Source: Ferroglobus placidus DSM 10642 (GTDB lineage: Archaea; Halobacteriota; Archaeoglobi; Archaeoglobales; Archaeoglobaceae). Taken from it: a DNA stretch of 32,000 bases. Position numbers and translations under genes: made by a program. This document shows positions 18,891 to 28,010 of this stretch, in pieces. Position 1 is the first letter of the stretch; every line of letters begins with the position of its first letter. The notes under the pieces were generated by a model. It was given only the letters and a program-made list of their open reading frames with translations. It had not been told where the DNA came from and did not search any database. The stretch lies in assembly GCF_000025505.1 (NCBI RefSeq), contig NC_013849.1:990001-1022000 (forward strand). Direction: 5' to 3'.

Positions 18891-20038
18891 AGTTCCTCCC
18901 GATTTTACCCCTTCTTGAAAAATACCCTTTTTTAAAGCCAGCAAGACACATAGCCGGAGAAGCTTACCACGAGGAGGCTTTGAAAGAAGCTGAAAAGTTT
19001 CTGAGATTTGTTTTTCTCAACGAGAGGTACGAGAAAAGCTTTGAGGACTACAGCCTTTTGTGTGAGGCTTGCGAAGACAAGAGCTGTGCAAAGTTCTGTA
19101 AGAGCGAAGCTATTAAGAACGAAAGAATCTGGCAAAAGTGCAATTTATGCGGAGTTTGCTTTGAAAATTGCAGCTATACGACGAGATTGGAAGATTACTC
19201 CCGTTTACTCGCGAGAGCGAAAATCTCGGTAATGTCCTATGTCTATTGCAGAGCTGCGGTTTCGAAAAGCGAGGTAGCTTTAAGAAAATTTGCAGTGAGA
19301 GCAGCTGAGTACTACAAGAGCTTGATGGAAAAAGACGGCTACGACAAACTTCCGGAAATTATGGCTGCAAACTTTTCCATAAAATACAAGGACGGCTTAG
19401 TGCACGTAAAAGATTACTTAAAAGCTGCTGTAAGGCTTAAAGCCCCAGAGTGGAAGCTCTATTCGAGACCCCTAAACGGAGGTTTCGTGAAGGTAAGCAG
19501 AAGCGAGTTTTTCAGAATAGTTGAGGAGTATTTGAGGGAAAAGCTCTCCGAAAAGGTTAGCTACGAATTTGAAGGAATGGAAAAACTCCTCAAAATAGTA
19601 TTCGAATTCGAAAGCAGGAGGAAAGAGATGGATGTGGAAGGCGTGAAGAATGCCGAATGCTATCCGCCGTGCTTCAAAAGAATAATCTCCGACTTAAAAG
19701 CCGGAGTTAACGTTCCCCATTCGGCAAGATTTGCTTTAGCAAGCTTCTTGCTTAAGATAGGGCATTCGGTCGATGAGGTTCTTCAGATTTTCTCCTACGC
19801 CCCGGACTTTGACGAGGAGAAAGCGAGATATCAGGTTGAGCACATCGCCGGGATGAGGGGGAGCGGAAAAGAATACGAGGTTCCTTCCTGCGAGACTATG
19901 AAGACTTACCACAACTGCTTCTCCGATTGCAAAACGAAGCATCCGATGGAATACTACCGGAGGTGCGTCCGTGAAAGTCTTAGAAGAGGTAAAAAGGGGA
20001 AGGCAGCTGGAGTTAAAGCTCGTTCCGGAAAGCGTTGA
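18887..20038 (+). CDS. priL: DNA primase large subunit PriL, with additional N-terminal Cys-rich block
   Basis: C-terminal Fe-S domain signature ECYPPCFKRIISDLKAGVNVPHSARFALASFLLKIGHSVDEVLQIFSYAPDFDEEKARYQVEHIAG...VPSCETMKTYHNCFSDCKTKHPMEYYRR; ATGA coupling with pcn. Confidence 0.92.
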   Translation: MKFLPILPLLEKYPFLKPARHIAGEAYHEEALKEAEKFLRFVFLNERYEKSFEDYSLLCEACEDKSCAKFCKSEAIKNERIWQKCNLCGVCFENCSYTTRLEDYSRLLARAKISVMSYVYCRAAVSKSEVALRKFAVRAAEYYKSLMEKDGYDKLPEIMAANFSIKYKDGLVHVKDYLKAAVRLKAPEWKLYSRPLNGGFVKVSRSEFFRIVEEYLREKLSEKVSYEFEGMEKLLKIVFEFESRRKEMDVEGVKNAECYPPCFKRIISDLKAGVNVPHSARFALASFLLKIGHSVDEVLQIFSYAPDFDEEKARYQVEHIAGMRGSGKEYEVPSCETMKTYHNCFSDCKTKHPMEYYRRCVRESLRRGKKGKAAGVKARSGKR

Positions 20039-21002
20039 GGATCTCTGGCATCTGAAATACATCCTCGAAAAAGGCGACATCGTTTTCTCCCTAACGAAAA
20101 GGGTTAGCGAGAGCTCCGACAAGCTCAGGAGCGATAAGGAGAAAGTGACCGTTAGAATTGGAATAGAAGTGGAAAAGGTCGAATTCCAAAAGTTCTCCAA
20201 CAGGCTGAGGATAACAGGGAGAATCGTAGCTGGAGTGGAAGATTCCGGCTACCATACAATAAGCATAACTCCGGGAAAGGAGCTGACGATAATAAAGAGC
20301 TGGAAAAAGGAGCAGCTCGAAAGGCTTAGGTATGCGGTTGAAGCTTCAGAAAAGCCAGAGGTTGTAATCGTCACGATCGAGGAAGGAGAAGCAGTGATAG
20401 GAGTGCTAAGACAATGGGGGGTTGATGAGGTTGCAGAGATCAGAAAAGGTTACGCTAAAGATTTGCAAAGTTTGAGGGGTGAGTTTTTTTCAGAGGTCTA
20501 CTCGGCTTTAAAAAACCTGAACTTCGAGTATCTTGTTATAGCTGGACCGGGATTCACCAAGGAAGACTTTGCAGAGTTTTTGAAGGAGAAAGACAAGGAG
20601 ATAGGAGAAAAAATCGTGCTCTGCGACACCTCCTCAATCGGCGTGAGAGGGTTCGTTGAGGTTTTAAAAAGAGGGGTCATCGACAGAATCGCTGGTGAGA
20701 TCAGACTTTCGAAGGAAGCGGAGCTTCTCGAAAAGTTGATGGAGGAAATTTCTAAAGATGGTTTGGCGGTTTACGGACTGGAGGAGGTTAAAAAAGCCAA
20801 GGACTACGGAGCTATAGATACACTCCTAATCGCAGACGAGTTTTTGATTGAGGAGCGAGAGAAGTGGGACGTTGACGAGTTTTTGAGGGAAGTTGAAAGC
20901 ATGGGTGGAAAGATAGTAGTCTTTTCTTCCGAGTTCGAGCCAGGAAAAAGGTTGATGGCTCTTGGGGGAGTTGCCGCTCTTTTAAGGTTTAAAGTTGATT
21001 GA
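19971..21002 (+). CDS. pelA: mRNA surveillance protein Pelota
   Basis: ELKLVPESVEDLWHLKYILEKGDIVFSLTKR, EFFSEVYSALKNLNFEYLVIAGPGFTKEDF, YGLEEVKKAKDYGAIDTLLIADE. GTG start with SD-like GGAGGTG at 19960-19966. Confidence 0.95.
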   Translation: MKVLEEVKRGRQLELKLVPESVEDLWHLKYILEKGDIVFSLTKRVSESSDKLRSDKEKVTVRIGIEVEKVEFQKFSNRLRITGRIVAGVEDSGYHTISITPGKELTIIKSWKKEQLERLRYAVEASEKPEVVIVTIEEGEAVIGVLRQWGVDEVAEIRKGYAKDLQSLRGEFFSEVYSALKNLNFEYLVIAGPGFTKEDFAEFLKEKDKEIGEKIVLCDTSSIGVRGFVEVLKRGVIDRIAGEIRLSKEAELLEKLMEEISKDGLAVYGLEEVKKAKDYGAIDTLLIADEFLIEEREKWDVDEFLREVESMGGKIVVFSSEFEPGKRLMALGGVAALLRFKVD

Positions 21003-21066
21003 GGAAAAGTCAAGTATTGATAATTAAAATTTTTTCCACAAAACCTATAGCTGTTTTTGGATTTTA

Positions 21067-21955
21067 ATGTCGATTCCGGCTATAGGACACGAAGCTTTCT
21101 TCGAAAAAATGATTCCACGCTTGGAAGAAGACATGATAATTAGCCTTTTCCAGCCAACTACGGTTCACTTATGCTGAGGAAGATGCTTGGAGAAAGAGAG
21201 GAGGTTGTTAAAATTATCGTTGGAGGGTGATAACCGCTCCCTACGGAACAAGGTTAATAGAGCCGGGAAAAGTTGACTGCATGATAAGAGCCTACAAGCT
21301 CAGAGGAGACACTTTACAGTCTTCTGACTGGAAAGAATTTTAAAAAAAGCAGAAAGATTTGCCAATACTGGCAACTGCAAAAATTGAGCAGACTGATACT
21401 GTCTTAGGTGTTGGACTCGAAAATCAGAATCCCGTCGTTCACGTTCCGGGATCTATTCTAAACGTTGGAGCGATGGAAGTTTCCCAGAGAGAGGATGTGC
21501 TCGGGGTTAAGAAAGGAGAGTGGTCCCTCTACAAACACGGAATGAGTCCGGCAGTCGTGAGGGTTATCGAGAAGTATTACGAGGAAGTAAAAAAGATCGC
21601 AAAAGCTATCGGAATCAGCCTGATCGAATATTCCAAGGAGCAGTTCTACCACAAACACACGATAATGAAGGAGAGTTTCATAGCTCCATTCTACGAAGCT
21701 TCACCGATAATGGGGATAAAGGGTCCGCTAAGCGTGGAAGACCGATATTTCACGGAAGATATTCCAGTTGGAGCCTTAACAGCTTGGAGGCTTGCCAAAA
21801 AATTTGGAGTAAGTGTACCAACGATAGAATCGCTTATTCGCCTCGGCTCCATAATATGTCAGAGAGACTTCTTCAAAGAAGGAAGGAGACTTGAAGATTA
21901 CGGAATAGAAGGCATGACAAGAAGCGAACTTTTAAGCTACCTTAAGGGTGCTTGA
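21067..21955 (+). pseudogene. NAD/NADP octopine/nopaline dehydrogenase-like, 5'-truncated and frameshifted remnant
   Basis: MSIPAIGHEAFFEKMIPRLEEDMIISLFQP..., then other-frame LRKMLGEREEVVKIIVGG and ITAPYGTRLIEPGKVDCMIRAYKLRGDTL. These precede a 198-aa ORF (21359-21955) matching the alpha-helical domain (TVLGVGLENQNPVVHVPGSILNVGAME...GIKGPLSVEDRYFTEDIPVG). The NAD-binding GxGxxG start is missing. Confidence 0.75.
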
Positions 21956-22041
21956 AGCCAAAATTTTTGAAGATCTACACTTGACAAAAATTTTTTAAAA
22001 ACTTAATGAAAGATAATTACAGTCTTCAGGGAGGTGAAGCT

Positions 22042-23304
22042 GTGAAAACTCTTAACATATTAGTGATCTTCTCAGTGCTGCTGGCAACATTTACTTTTGG
22101 ATGCGCAGAGGAGAAGGAGAAGGAGCCGATAAAAATAGGCGTTCTCGCTCCTTTAACCGGAGCACCCGCAAGAGCTGGAAATGCTATGGCGAACGCTGCT
22201 AAAATGGCTGAAGAAGACATAAACAAGAAAGGGGGTTTGTTAGGAAGACCAGTTAAGATAATCGTTTACGACACGGAGGACAAGCCAGAAACGGGGAAAC
22301 TTGTAGCTGAGAGGGCAATTCTCCAGGACAAGGTCGTTGCTTTGGCTGGAATTTTCAGGAGCGAGGTTGCAATGGTAGTTGCTGAGGTGGCAGCGGATAA
22401 CAAAATACCGCTCATCGTGAGTACAGCCCAAACTCCAGCCTATGCGAAGCTCGTTGAAAAGGATTACAACAGGTACAAGTACCTCTTCCGATCGACAACC
22501 AACGCAACCATCCTCGGAAACCAGCTTACAAACTTTATAATGGACTATTTGGCTCCGAAGTACGGTGTTAAAAAGATCGCTTTTCTGACGGAAGACGTTC
22601 TCTGGGCAAGGGGACTGACTAAAATAGAGACTGAAAGGTTAAAAGCGAGAGGATTCGAAGTTAAAAGCTGGCTTGTTCCATTAGGAGTTACAGAGCTTCC
22701 AGAAATGAAAGAAATGGAAGAATGGGGAGCTGACGTCATCTTCCCGGTGTTCTCCTCCGATAACGGATACCTCGTCACTAAGACGTGGCACGATTTGAAG
22801 ATAAACGCAATACTCCTCGGAGTTAACAATCCGATAGCAAGTCCAGAGGCTTGGGAGAAGACTGAAGGAAGATGCGAATACGAAACCACCGCTTTTGCAA
22901 GCGTTGTCATAAAGTATCCGGTCACCGACGAAGTCGTGACGTGGACAGAAAGGTACGTCAGCAAGTATGGAGTCGAGGGAATAAATCAGGCAGCAGATGT
23001 CTATGAGTCTTTGCAAGTTTTGTTCCAAGCTATAGAGAAGGCTGGAACAACCGATGCTGACAAACTCGTTGAAGTTCTTGAGAACAACGAGTTTGAAGTG
23101 TTAAGAGGAAAGATAAAGTTCAGCAAGAAGAACCACGACCACATGGCTTGGCTTGGACCTCCTTACAAGATAGAATCTCCTCTCGGCGGACCAATTGGAC
23201 AGTGGCAGCTCGTTAATGGTGAGCCAAAAGTTGTTGTCGTTTGGCCTGAGGGAATCGGAAACCCGGATGACTGGAAGATGCCTCCATGGGTGAAGATAGA
23301 GTAA
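22042..23304 (+). CDS. ABC transporter substrate-binding lipoprotein, branched-chain amino acid (LivJ/LivK) family
   Basis: SD GGGAGGTG before GTG 22042; VKTLNILVIFSVLLATFTFGC lipobox-like signal; KIGVLAPLTGAPARAGNAMANAAKMAEEDINKKGGLLGRPVKIIVYDTEDKPE. Confidence 0.93.
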   Translation: MKTLNILVIFSVLLATFTFGCAEEKEKEPIKIGVLAPLTGAPARAGNAMANAAKMAEEDINKKGGLLGRPVKIIVYDTEDKPETGKLVAERAILQDKVVALAGIFRSEVAMVVAEVAADNKIPLIVSTAQTPAYAKLVEKDYNRYKYLFRSTTNATILGNQLTNFIMDYLAPKYGVKKIAFLTEDVLWARGLTKIETERLKARGFEVKSWLVPLGVTELPEMKEMEEWGADVIFPVFSSDNGYLVTKTWHDLKINAILLGVNNPIASPEAWEKTEGRCEYETTAFASVVIKYPVTDEVVTWTERYVSKYGVEGINQAADVYESLQVLFQAIEKAGTTDADKLVEVLENNEFEVLRGKIKFSKKNHDHMAWLGPPYKIESPLGGPIGQWQLVNGEPKVVVVWPEGIGNPDDWKMPPWVKIE

Positions 23305-24173
23305 AGATCAACCATGAACCTCTCAATTTTTTTGACGGAGTTTTCATCGGTTCCATATTTGCCATTGCTACAATTGGCTTGTCGTTTTTCTACACAACAA
23401 CCGGCGTTTTCAACTTTGCCCACGGAGCTTTGCTTATGCTCGGAGGATATCTAACCTACACAGCACTAACCCACCTTAAACTTCCTCTGTTTTTTGCTGC
23501 AATTTTCAGCGTTCTTCTTGTTGCATCTTTCATGACCGCTTTCTACTACCTCTCCCTTCTGCCGATAAGAAAGCAGCACATAACTTCCATAATAATAACG
23601 CTCGCCCTCCTTTTAATGCTCGAAAGACTGATAACTGTGCTGTACGGACCTTGGGGGCTTCCCTTTCCAACGTTTTTCCCGGGAGTCGTAAATTTCGCTG
23701 GAGTAGAAGTTAGTTTGCAAAAAATTTACGTAACGATCTCGAACATCTTGGTCATATTCGTTTTCTGGCTTTTGATTTCGAAGACTTGGATTGGTCTTGG
23801 AATTCGAGCGACGATAGATAACGAGGATGTGGCTGAAGCCCTTGGAATTAACGCAAGCAGAATGCATTTACTCAGCGTTTTCATTTCTTCAGCGATAACA
23901 GCGTTCGGAGGGATAAATATAGCAGCAACCCTCTTCCTTTCTCCCATCCTCATGTCCCAGATGAACGTAGTAGCGATAACAGTCTCCATATTAGCCGGGC
24001 TTGGAAGCATTTGGGGAGTTATCCCAGCTGCTTTCATTCTCGGCTTCGCTGACGTTATTGGTGCAACGATCTTCGGAGGATGGTTCAGATTCGTGAGTAT
24101 GACGCTTGTGGTCATATTGGTTCTTATAGTTAGACCGCGAGGAATATTCGGTCAGATGGAGAGAATAGTATGA
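23286..24173 (+). CDS. livH: ABC transporter permease, LivH family
   Basis: GLSFFYTTTGVFNFAHGALLMLGGYLTY, GLGIRATIDNEDVAEALGINASRMHLLSVFISSAITAFGG. The true 5' end is ambiguous (see finding). Confidence 0.92.
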   Translation: MGEDRVKINHEPLNFFDGVFIGSIFAIATIGLSFFYTTTGVFNFAHGALLMLGGYLTYTALTHLKLPLFFAAIFSVLLVASFMTAFYYLSLLPIRKQHITSIIITLALLLMLERLITVLYGPWGLPFPTFFPGVVNFAGVEVSLQKIYVTISNILVIFVFWLLISKTWIGLGIRATIDNEDVAEALGINASRMHLLSVFISSAITAFGGINIAATLFLSPILMSQMNVVAITVSILAGLGSIWGVIPAAFILGFADVIGATIFGGWFRFVSMTLVVILVLIVRPRGIFGQMERIV

Positions 24174-25072
24174 AGGCTCGGTTTGCGTTGATAGCTTTGC
24201 TGTTAGCAGCCTATGCCGCTTATCCACTCGTTTCAGGAGACGGCTACATCATGAGAGTGCTGATTCTCGTGCACATCTTCGCAATATTGGCGGCAAGCCT
24301 CGACCTTATAGTAGGCTACACCGGACAGCTCACAGCCGGACACACAGCCATATGGGGTTGGGGAGCATACTTTGCAGCTTGGTCAATTTTATATTTCAAC
24401 GCCCCTCCAGCAGCATCTCTGTTCGTTTCAGCAGTTGTTGGAGCACTTCTTGGCTTTGGAATCGGAGTTCTTTGCCTGAGATTTAAGTATTTACTATTAA
24501 CGCTCGTTACATTTGCAATTTTAATTCTCTCATACGCCATAGCCAGACAGTTCACATCTATTACCGGCGGAGAACTCGGAATCCATGGCATTCCAAAGCT
24601 CTCCGATAACACACTCGTGATATTTTACGTGAGCTTTGCAGCTTTGATAGCCACGATATTAATCCTCCTTGCAATAACAAAATCAGAAATCGGGCTGAGA
24701 ATGAGGGCGATAAAGGATAGCGAAGAGGGGGCAAAGGTTCTTGGCGTGGATGTCGTTAAGTATAAAGTTCTCGCCAACGTTATAGGCTCAACTTTTGCTG
24801 GCTTTGCCGGAGGATTGTACACGACTTACATGGGAAGCGTTGGCTCGACGAACTTCTACGTGGATCACTTACTTAGACTGATACTCATGTGGGGGATAGG
24901 TGGTGGAGGAAGCATAATAGGTCCGGCAATTGGAGCTTACATCGTAATGCTGCTGTCAGAATACCTAAGAGTTATAGAGGAGTACCGTCTTATACTCTTC
25001 GGGGCGGCTTTGATAGTGATTCTTCGAGTTTTTCCCTCGGGAGTTTACGGTATTATAAGAAAGGTGCTGTGA
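24170..25072 (+). CDS. livM: ABC transporter permease, LivM family
   Basis: LDLIVGYTGQLTAGHTAIWGWGAYFAAW, RLKYLLLTLVTFA-type region, TGGELGIHGIP, GLRMRAIKDSEEGAKVLGVDVVKYKVLANVIGSTFAGFAGG. Confidence 0.93.
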   Translation: MKARFALIALLLAAYAAYPLVSGDGYIMRVLILVHIFAILAASLDLIVGYTGQLTAGHTAIWGWGAYFAAWSILYFNAPPAASLFVSAVVGALLGFGIGVLCLRFKYLLLTLVTFAILILSYAIARQFTSITGGELGIHGIPKLSDNTLVIFYVSFAALIATILILLAITKSEIGLRMRAIKDSEEGAKVLGVDVVKYKVLANVIGSTFAGFAGGLYTTYMGSVGSTNFYVDHLLRLILMWGIGGGGSIIGPAIGAYIVMLLSEYLRVIEEYRLILFGAALIVILRVFPSGVYGIIRKVL

Positions 25073-25082
25073 GGGAAGGACT

Positions 25083-25775
25083 ATGGAAGTTCTCAGAGTT
25101 TCGAATCTCGTCAAGAGGTTTGAAGGTGTTGTAGCTGTGAACAACGTCAGCTTCTCGGTGGAGAAGGGGGAAGTAGTTGGAATCATCGGACCCAACGGAA
25201 GTGGAAAGACCACGCTACTGAACTTAATCTCCGGACTGATCAGACCGGATGATGGGAAAGTGTACATCAAAGGAGAAGCTGTTGATCCGAAACCCCACGA
25301 GATCGCTTTGAGAGGAGTAGGAAGAACTTTTCAGATTCCAAAGCTGTTCCATACTATGACAGTTCTCGAAAACATGCTCGTTCCGGTTGTAGAGGGTGAG
25401 GATAAGGGAAAAAAAGCAGAGGAACTTTTGAAGTTTTTCGAACTTTATCATTTGAAGGATGAACTGGCTGGAAACTTAAGTGGAGGGCAGCAAAAGTTAC
25501 TTGAGATCGCCAGAGTCATGATGCTCGATCCGAGCATTTTGCTAATGGACGAACCGTTTGCGGGGGTTCACCACAAAATTGTTAGAAGGATAGTTGATCA
25601 CATTAAAAAGCTTAGAGGAGAAAAGACTTTCCTGATTGTAAGCCACGATATGCACACAATCTTTGGATTGTGCGACAGAATGCTCGTGATGAACGAGGGG
25701 AAGGTGCTTGCAGAAGGGACTCCAGAGGAAATTAGAAGGAGTAAGGAGATAATAAAAATCTACTTGGGTGTCTGA
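25083..25775 (+). CDS. livG: ABC transporter ATP-binding protein, LivG family
   Basis: Walker A GPNGSGKTTLLN, signature [27 protein letters not shown]. Confidence 0.94.
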   Translation: MEVLRVSNLVKRFEGVVAVNNVSFSVEKGEVVGIIGPNGSGKTTLLNLISGLIRPDDGKVYIKGEAVDPKPHEIALRGVGRTFQIPKLFHTMTVLENMLVPVVEGEDKGKKAEELLKFFELYHLKDELAGNLSGGQQKLLEIARVMMLDPSILLMDEPFAGVHHKIVRRIVDHIKKLRGEKTFLIVSHDMHTIFGLCDRMLVMNEGKVLAEGTPEEIRRSKEIIKIYLGV

Positions 25776-25776
25776 A

Positions 25777-26493
25777 ATGCTCAGAGTCGAAAACCTCTCT
25801 TCTGGCTACCACAAGGATATTAACGTTCTCAACGGAGTTTCACTTGAGGTTAAAAAGGGAACGATCACTTCCGTTCTCGGTCCAAACGGCAGCGGAAAAT
25901 CAACCCTTCTAAAGACAATCTACGGCTATCTAAAGCCTTTCAGTGGTAGAGTAATTTACAACGGAGAAGATGTAACAAACCTACCTCCCCACGAGAAAAT
26001 TAAAAAAGGAATAGCCTACATTTCCCAAGAGCACGGGATATTTCATTCTCTAACGGTGGAAGAGAATCTGAAAGCTGGAATGTGGATATACAGAAAGAAC
26101 AAAGAACTCGTAAAGGAGAAATTGAAAGCAGTTTACGACAGATTTCCAATTTTGAAGGAAAAGAGGAACGTGAAAGCAGGATTTTTGAGTGGAGGGCAAC
26201 AAAAACTTCTCCAGTTCAGCGTAGCTTTATTAAGTAATCCAGAACTAATACTCGTGGACGAGCCGACAGCCGGACTTTCGCCGATAGCGAGTGAAGAGGT
26301 GTACGAAATTTTGAAAGAATTAAAAAGAGAAGGTAAGACGATATTGCTCGTGGAACAAAACCTGAGAAAGGCTATAGAAGTTTCCGATTTCGCTTACGTG
26401 CTCGAACTTGGAAAAATCAGATACGGAGGAGATAGGGAGGACTTCGAAAGAGGGTTAAAGAGGATTCTTTCAGTCTGGGGGTTCGAGCTCTAA
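25777..26493 (+). CDS. livF: ABC transporter ATP-binding protein, LivF family
   Basis: [63 protein letters not shown]; ATG 25777 preferred over 25768. Confidence 0.94.
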   Translation: MLRVENLSSGYHKDINVLNGVSLEVKKGTITSVLGPNGSGKSTLLKTIYGYLKPFSGRVIYNGEDVTNLPPHEKIKKGIAYISQEHGIFHSLTVEENLKAGMWIYRKNKELVKEKLKAVYDRFPILKEKRNVKAGFLSGGQQKLLQFSVALLSNPELILVDEPTAGLSPIASEEVYEILKELKREGKTILLVEQNLRKAIEVSDFAYVLELGKIRYGGDREDFERGLKRILSVWGFEL

Positions 26494-27638
26494 GGATTAC
26501 CAGCAACCGCTTTAAAGCCTTTTCCAGCGTAAAGCTTTTCTCTTAGTTTCAAAGCCACGTTTACGAGGCTAATAAGCACCGGCACTTCTATTAAAGGACC
26601 TATTACGGTTGCAAAAGCCTGATTGCTGTAAATTCCCCAGATCGCAACGGCAACAGCTATAGCCAGCTCGAAATCGTTGCTTGCGGCAGTGAAAGCTACG
26701 GCGGTAGCTTTAGGGTAGTCAACTTTAAGTTTGTAGGCGATGAAAAACGTGACGAACCACATTATGAGGAAGTAGAGGGTTAGGGGAATCGCAACCCTCA
26801 CGACCTGCATCGGTAGCTCCACTATGTACTCCCCCTTCAGCGAGAACATGATTACGATCGTGAAAAGCAACGCAGCCGGAGTTAGCAAACTTATCTTCGG
26901 AGCGAGGACGTTTTCGAACCACTCCCTTCCCTTAACTTTAAAGCTCCCGTATCTTGTAGTCACTCCCATTATGAAGGGGATTCCGAGGTAAATGAACACG
27001 GTTTTTGCCGCTTCAGCTATGCTTATATTGGCTTCAACCCCTTTAACCAATCCGAGAGCGTTGAGGGCGAGGGTGATGAAGATGTACATGTAGACAGCGT
27101 AAAATAAGATCTGAAAGATGGCGTTGAAAGCTACAAGCCCCACGGCAAGCTCTCTATCACCTTCTGCAAGCTCGTTCCATACAATCACCATGGCTATACA
27201 TCTCGCAAGTCCGACGAGTATAACTCCCACCATGAACTCGGGCATGTCCCTCAGCAGAGTTATCGCGAGGAGAAACATGACAACCGGTCCAACGATCCAG
27301 TTCTGAATAAGGGAGAAAGCGAGAAGCTTCAGATTTCTGAAAACCTTCCCCATTTCTTCGTATCTGACTTTAGCGAGAGGAGGATACATCATTAAAATTA
27401 AACCTATGGCTATTGGAATCGAAGTCGTGCCGATGCTTAACGAGCCAATAATCTCAGCTATTTCGGGATACACGTAGCCCAGTGCGATTCCGAAAATTAT
27501 GGCAAGGAATATCCAGAGGGTCAGATACTTCTCGATTATAGAGAGACCCTTTTTGTGTAGCGTGAGGTAATCTTCAGCCATCTCCTCAGCCTTTTCGATG
27601 TCGCGGACTATTTCCTTCTCCCACTCTCTGGGTTTCAA
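26490..27638 (-). CDS. acr3: Arsenite efflux transporter, ACR3 family
   Basis: Ten-helix protein; [91 protein letters not shown]. Confidence 0.92.
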   Translation of the reverse strand: MKPREWEKEIVRDIEKAEEMAEDYLTLHKKGLSIIEKYLTLWIFLAIIFGIALGYVYPEIAEIIGSLSIGTTSIPIAIGLILMMYPPLAKVRYEEMGKVFRNLKLLAFSLIQNWIVGPVVMFLLAITLLRDMPEFMVGVILVGLARCIAMVIVWNELAEGDRELAVGLVAFNAIFQILFYAVYMYIFITLALNALGLVKGVEANISIAEAAKTVFIYLGIPFIMGVTTRYGSFKVKGREWFENVLAPKISLLTPAALLFTIVIMFSLKGEYIVELPMQVVRVAIPLTLYFLIMWFVTFFIAYKLKVDYPKATAVAFTAASNDFELAIAVAVAIWGIYSNQAFATVIGPLIEVPVLISLVNVALKLREKLYAGKGFKAVAGNP

Positions 27639-27874
27639 GAGACCACCTCCTTTAGCAGAGGAGCTATTGCCCTGCTAACGACTTCATCCACGAGCTCAGC
27701 CTTAACCAAAATGAAGCAGCAAATCTCTCCGTTCTCATCGCATCCCGTTATTGCCACAATTCTGTCTCCGGCTTTAAGATTTGCTTTCTCCCTCAATTCT
27801 TTGGGAAGGAGAATTTGCCCCTTGCTGTCCACGGTCAGCACAGCTTCAATTTTCGTAGCTTTACAAGTTTTCAT
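27635..27874 (-). CDS. AbrB/MazE/SpoVT-fold small protein (resembles HgcAB-associated / ars-associated AbrB proteins)
   Basis: [79 protein letters not shown]; start at M37 of the track ORF; stop overlaps the acr3 start. Confidence 0.75.
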   Translation of the reverse strand: MKTCKATKIEAVLTVDSKGQILLPKELREKANLKAGDRIVAITGCDENGEICCFILVKAELVDEVVSRAIAPLLKEVVS

Positions 27875-28010
27875 ACTTTTGAGAATTTTCCGAGAAATAA
27901 ATATTTTTCGAAATTTCAACCTATGTGTCTCGTCCGGTTTAGCGAATAAATAATAGCATTGGGCAAAGTTTAAACGATACATTTATTTCAGTGAAAAAGA
28001 AATTCTTTTC

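Noticed and set aside
19736-20200. - strand ORF of 154 aa spanning the priL/pelA overlap, considered as a possible hidden gene
   Set aside because: No domain or convincing start signal, and it is fully explained as antisense of two conserved genes.
21004-21358. Gap after pelA considered as an insertion-sequence remnant
   Set aside because: Its translated fragments fit the decayed octopine/nopaline dehydrogenase rather than a transposase, and I found no terminal inverted repeats or target duplication by eye.
22240-23423. Chain of - strand ORFs under the LivJ gene
   Set aside because: Antisense to a clear substrate-binding protein, with no motif or independent promoter support.
27635-27982. 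115-aa version of the AbrB ORF starting at 27982
   Set aside because: The first 36 residues are encoded by the AT-rich intergenic promoter region and do not resemble the family. Start M37 (27874) fits homology and a TATA-like element upstream.
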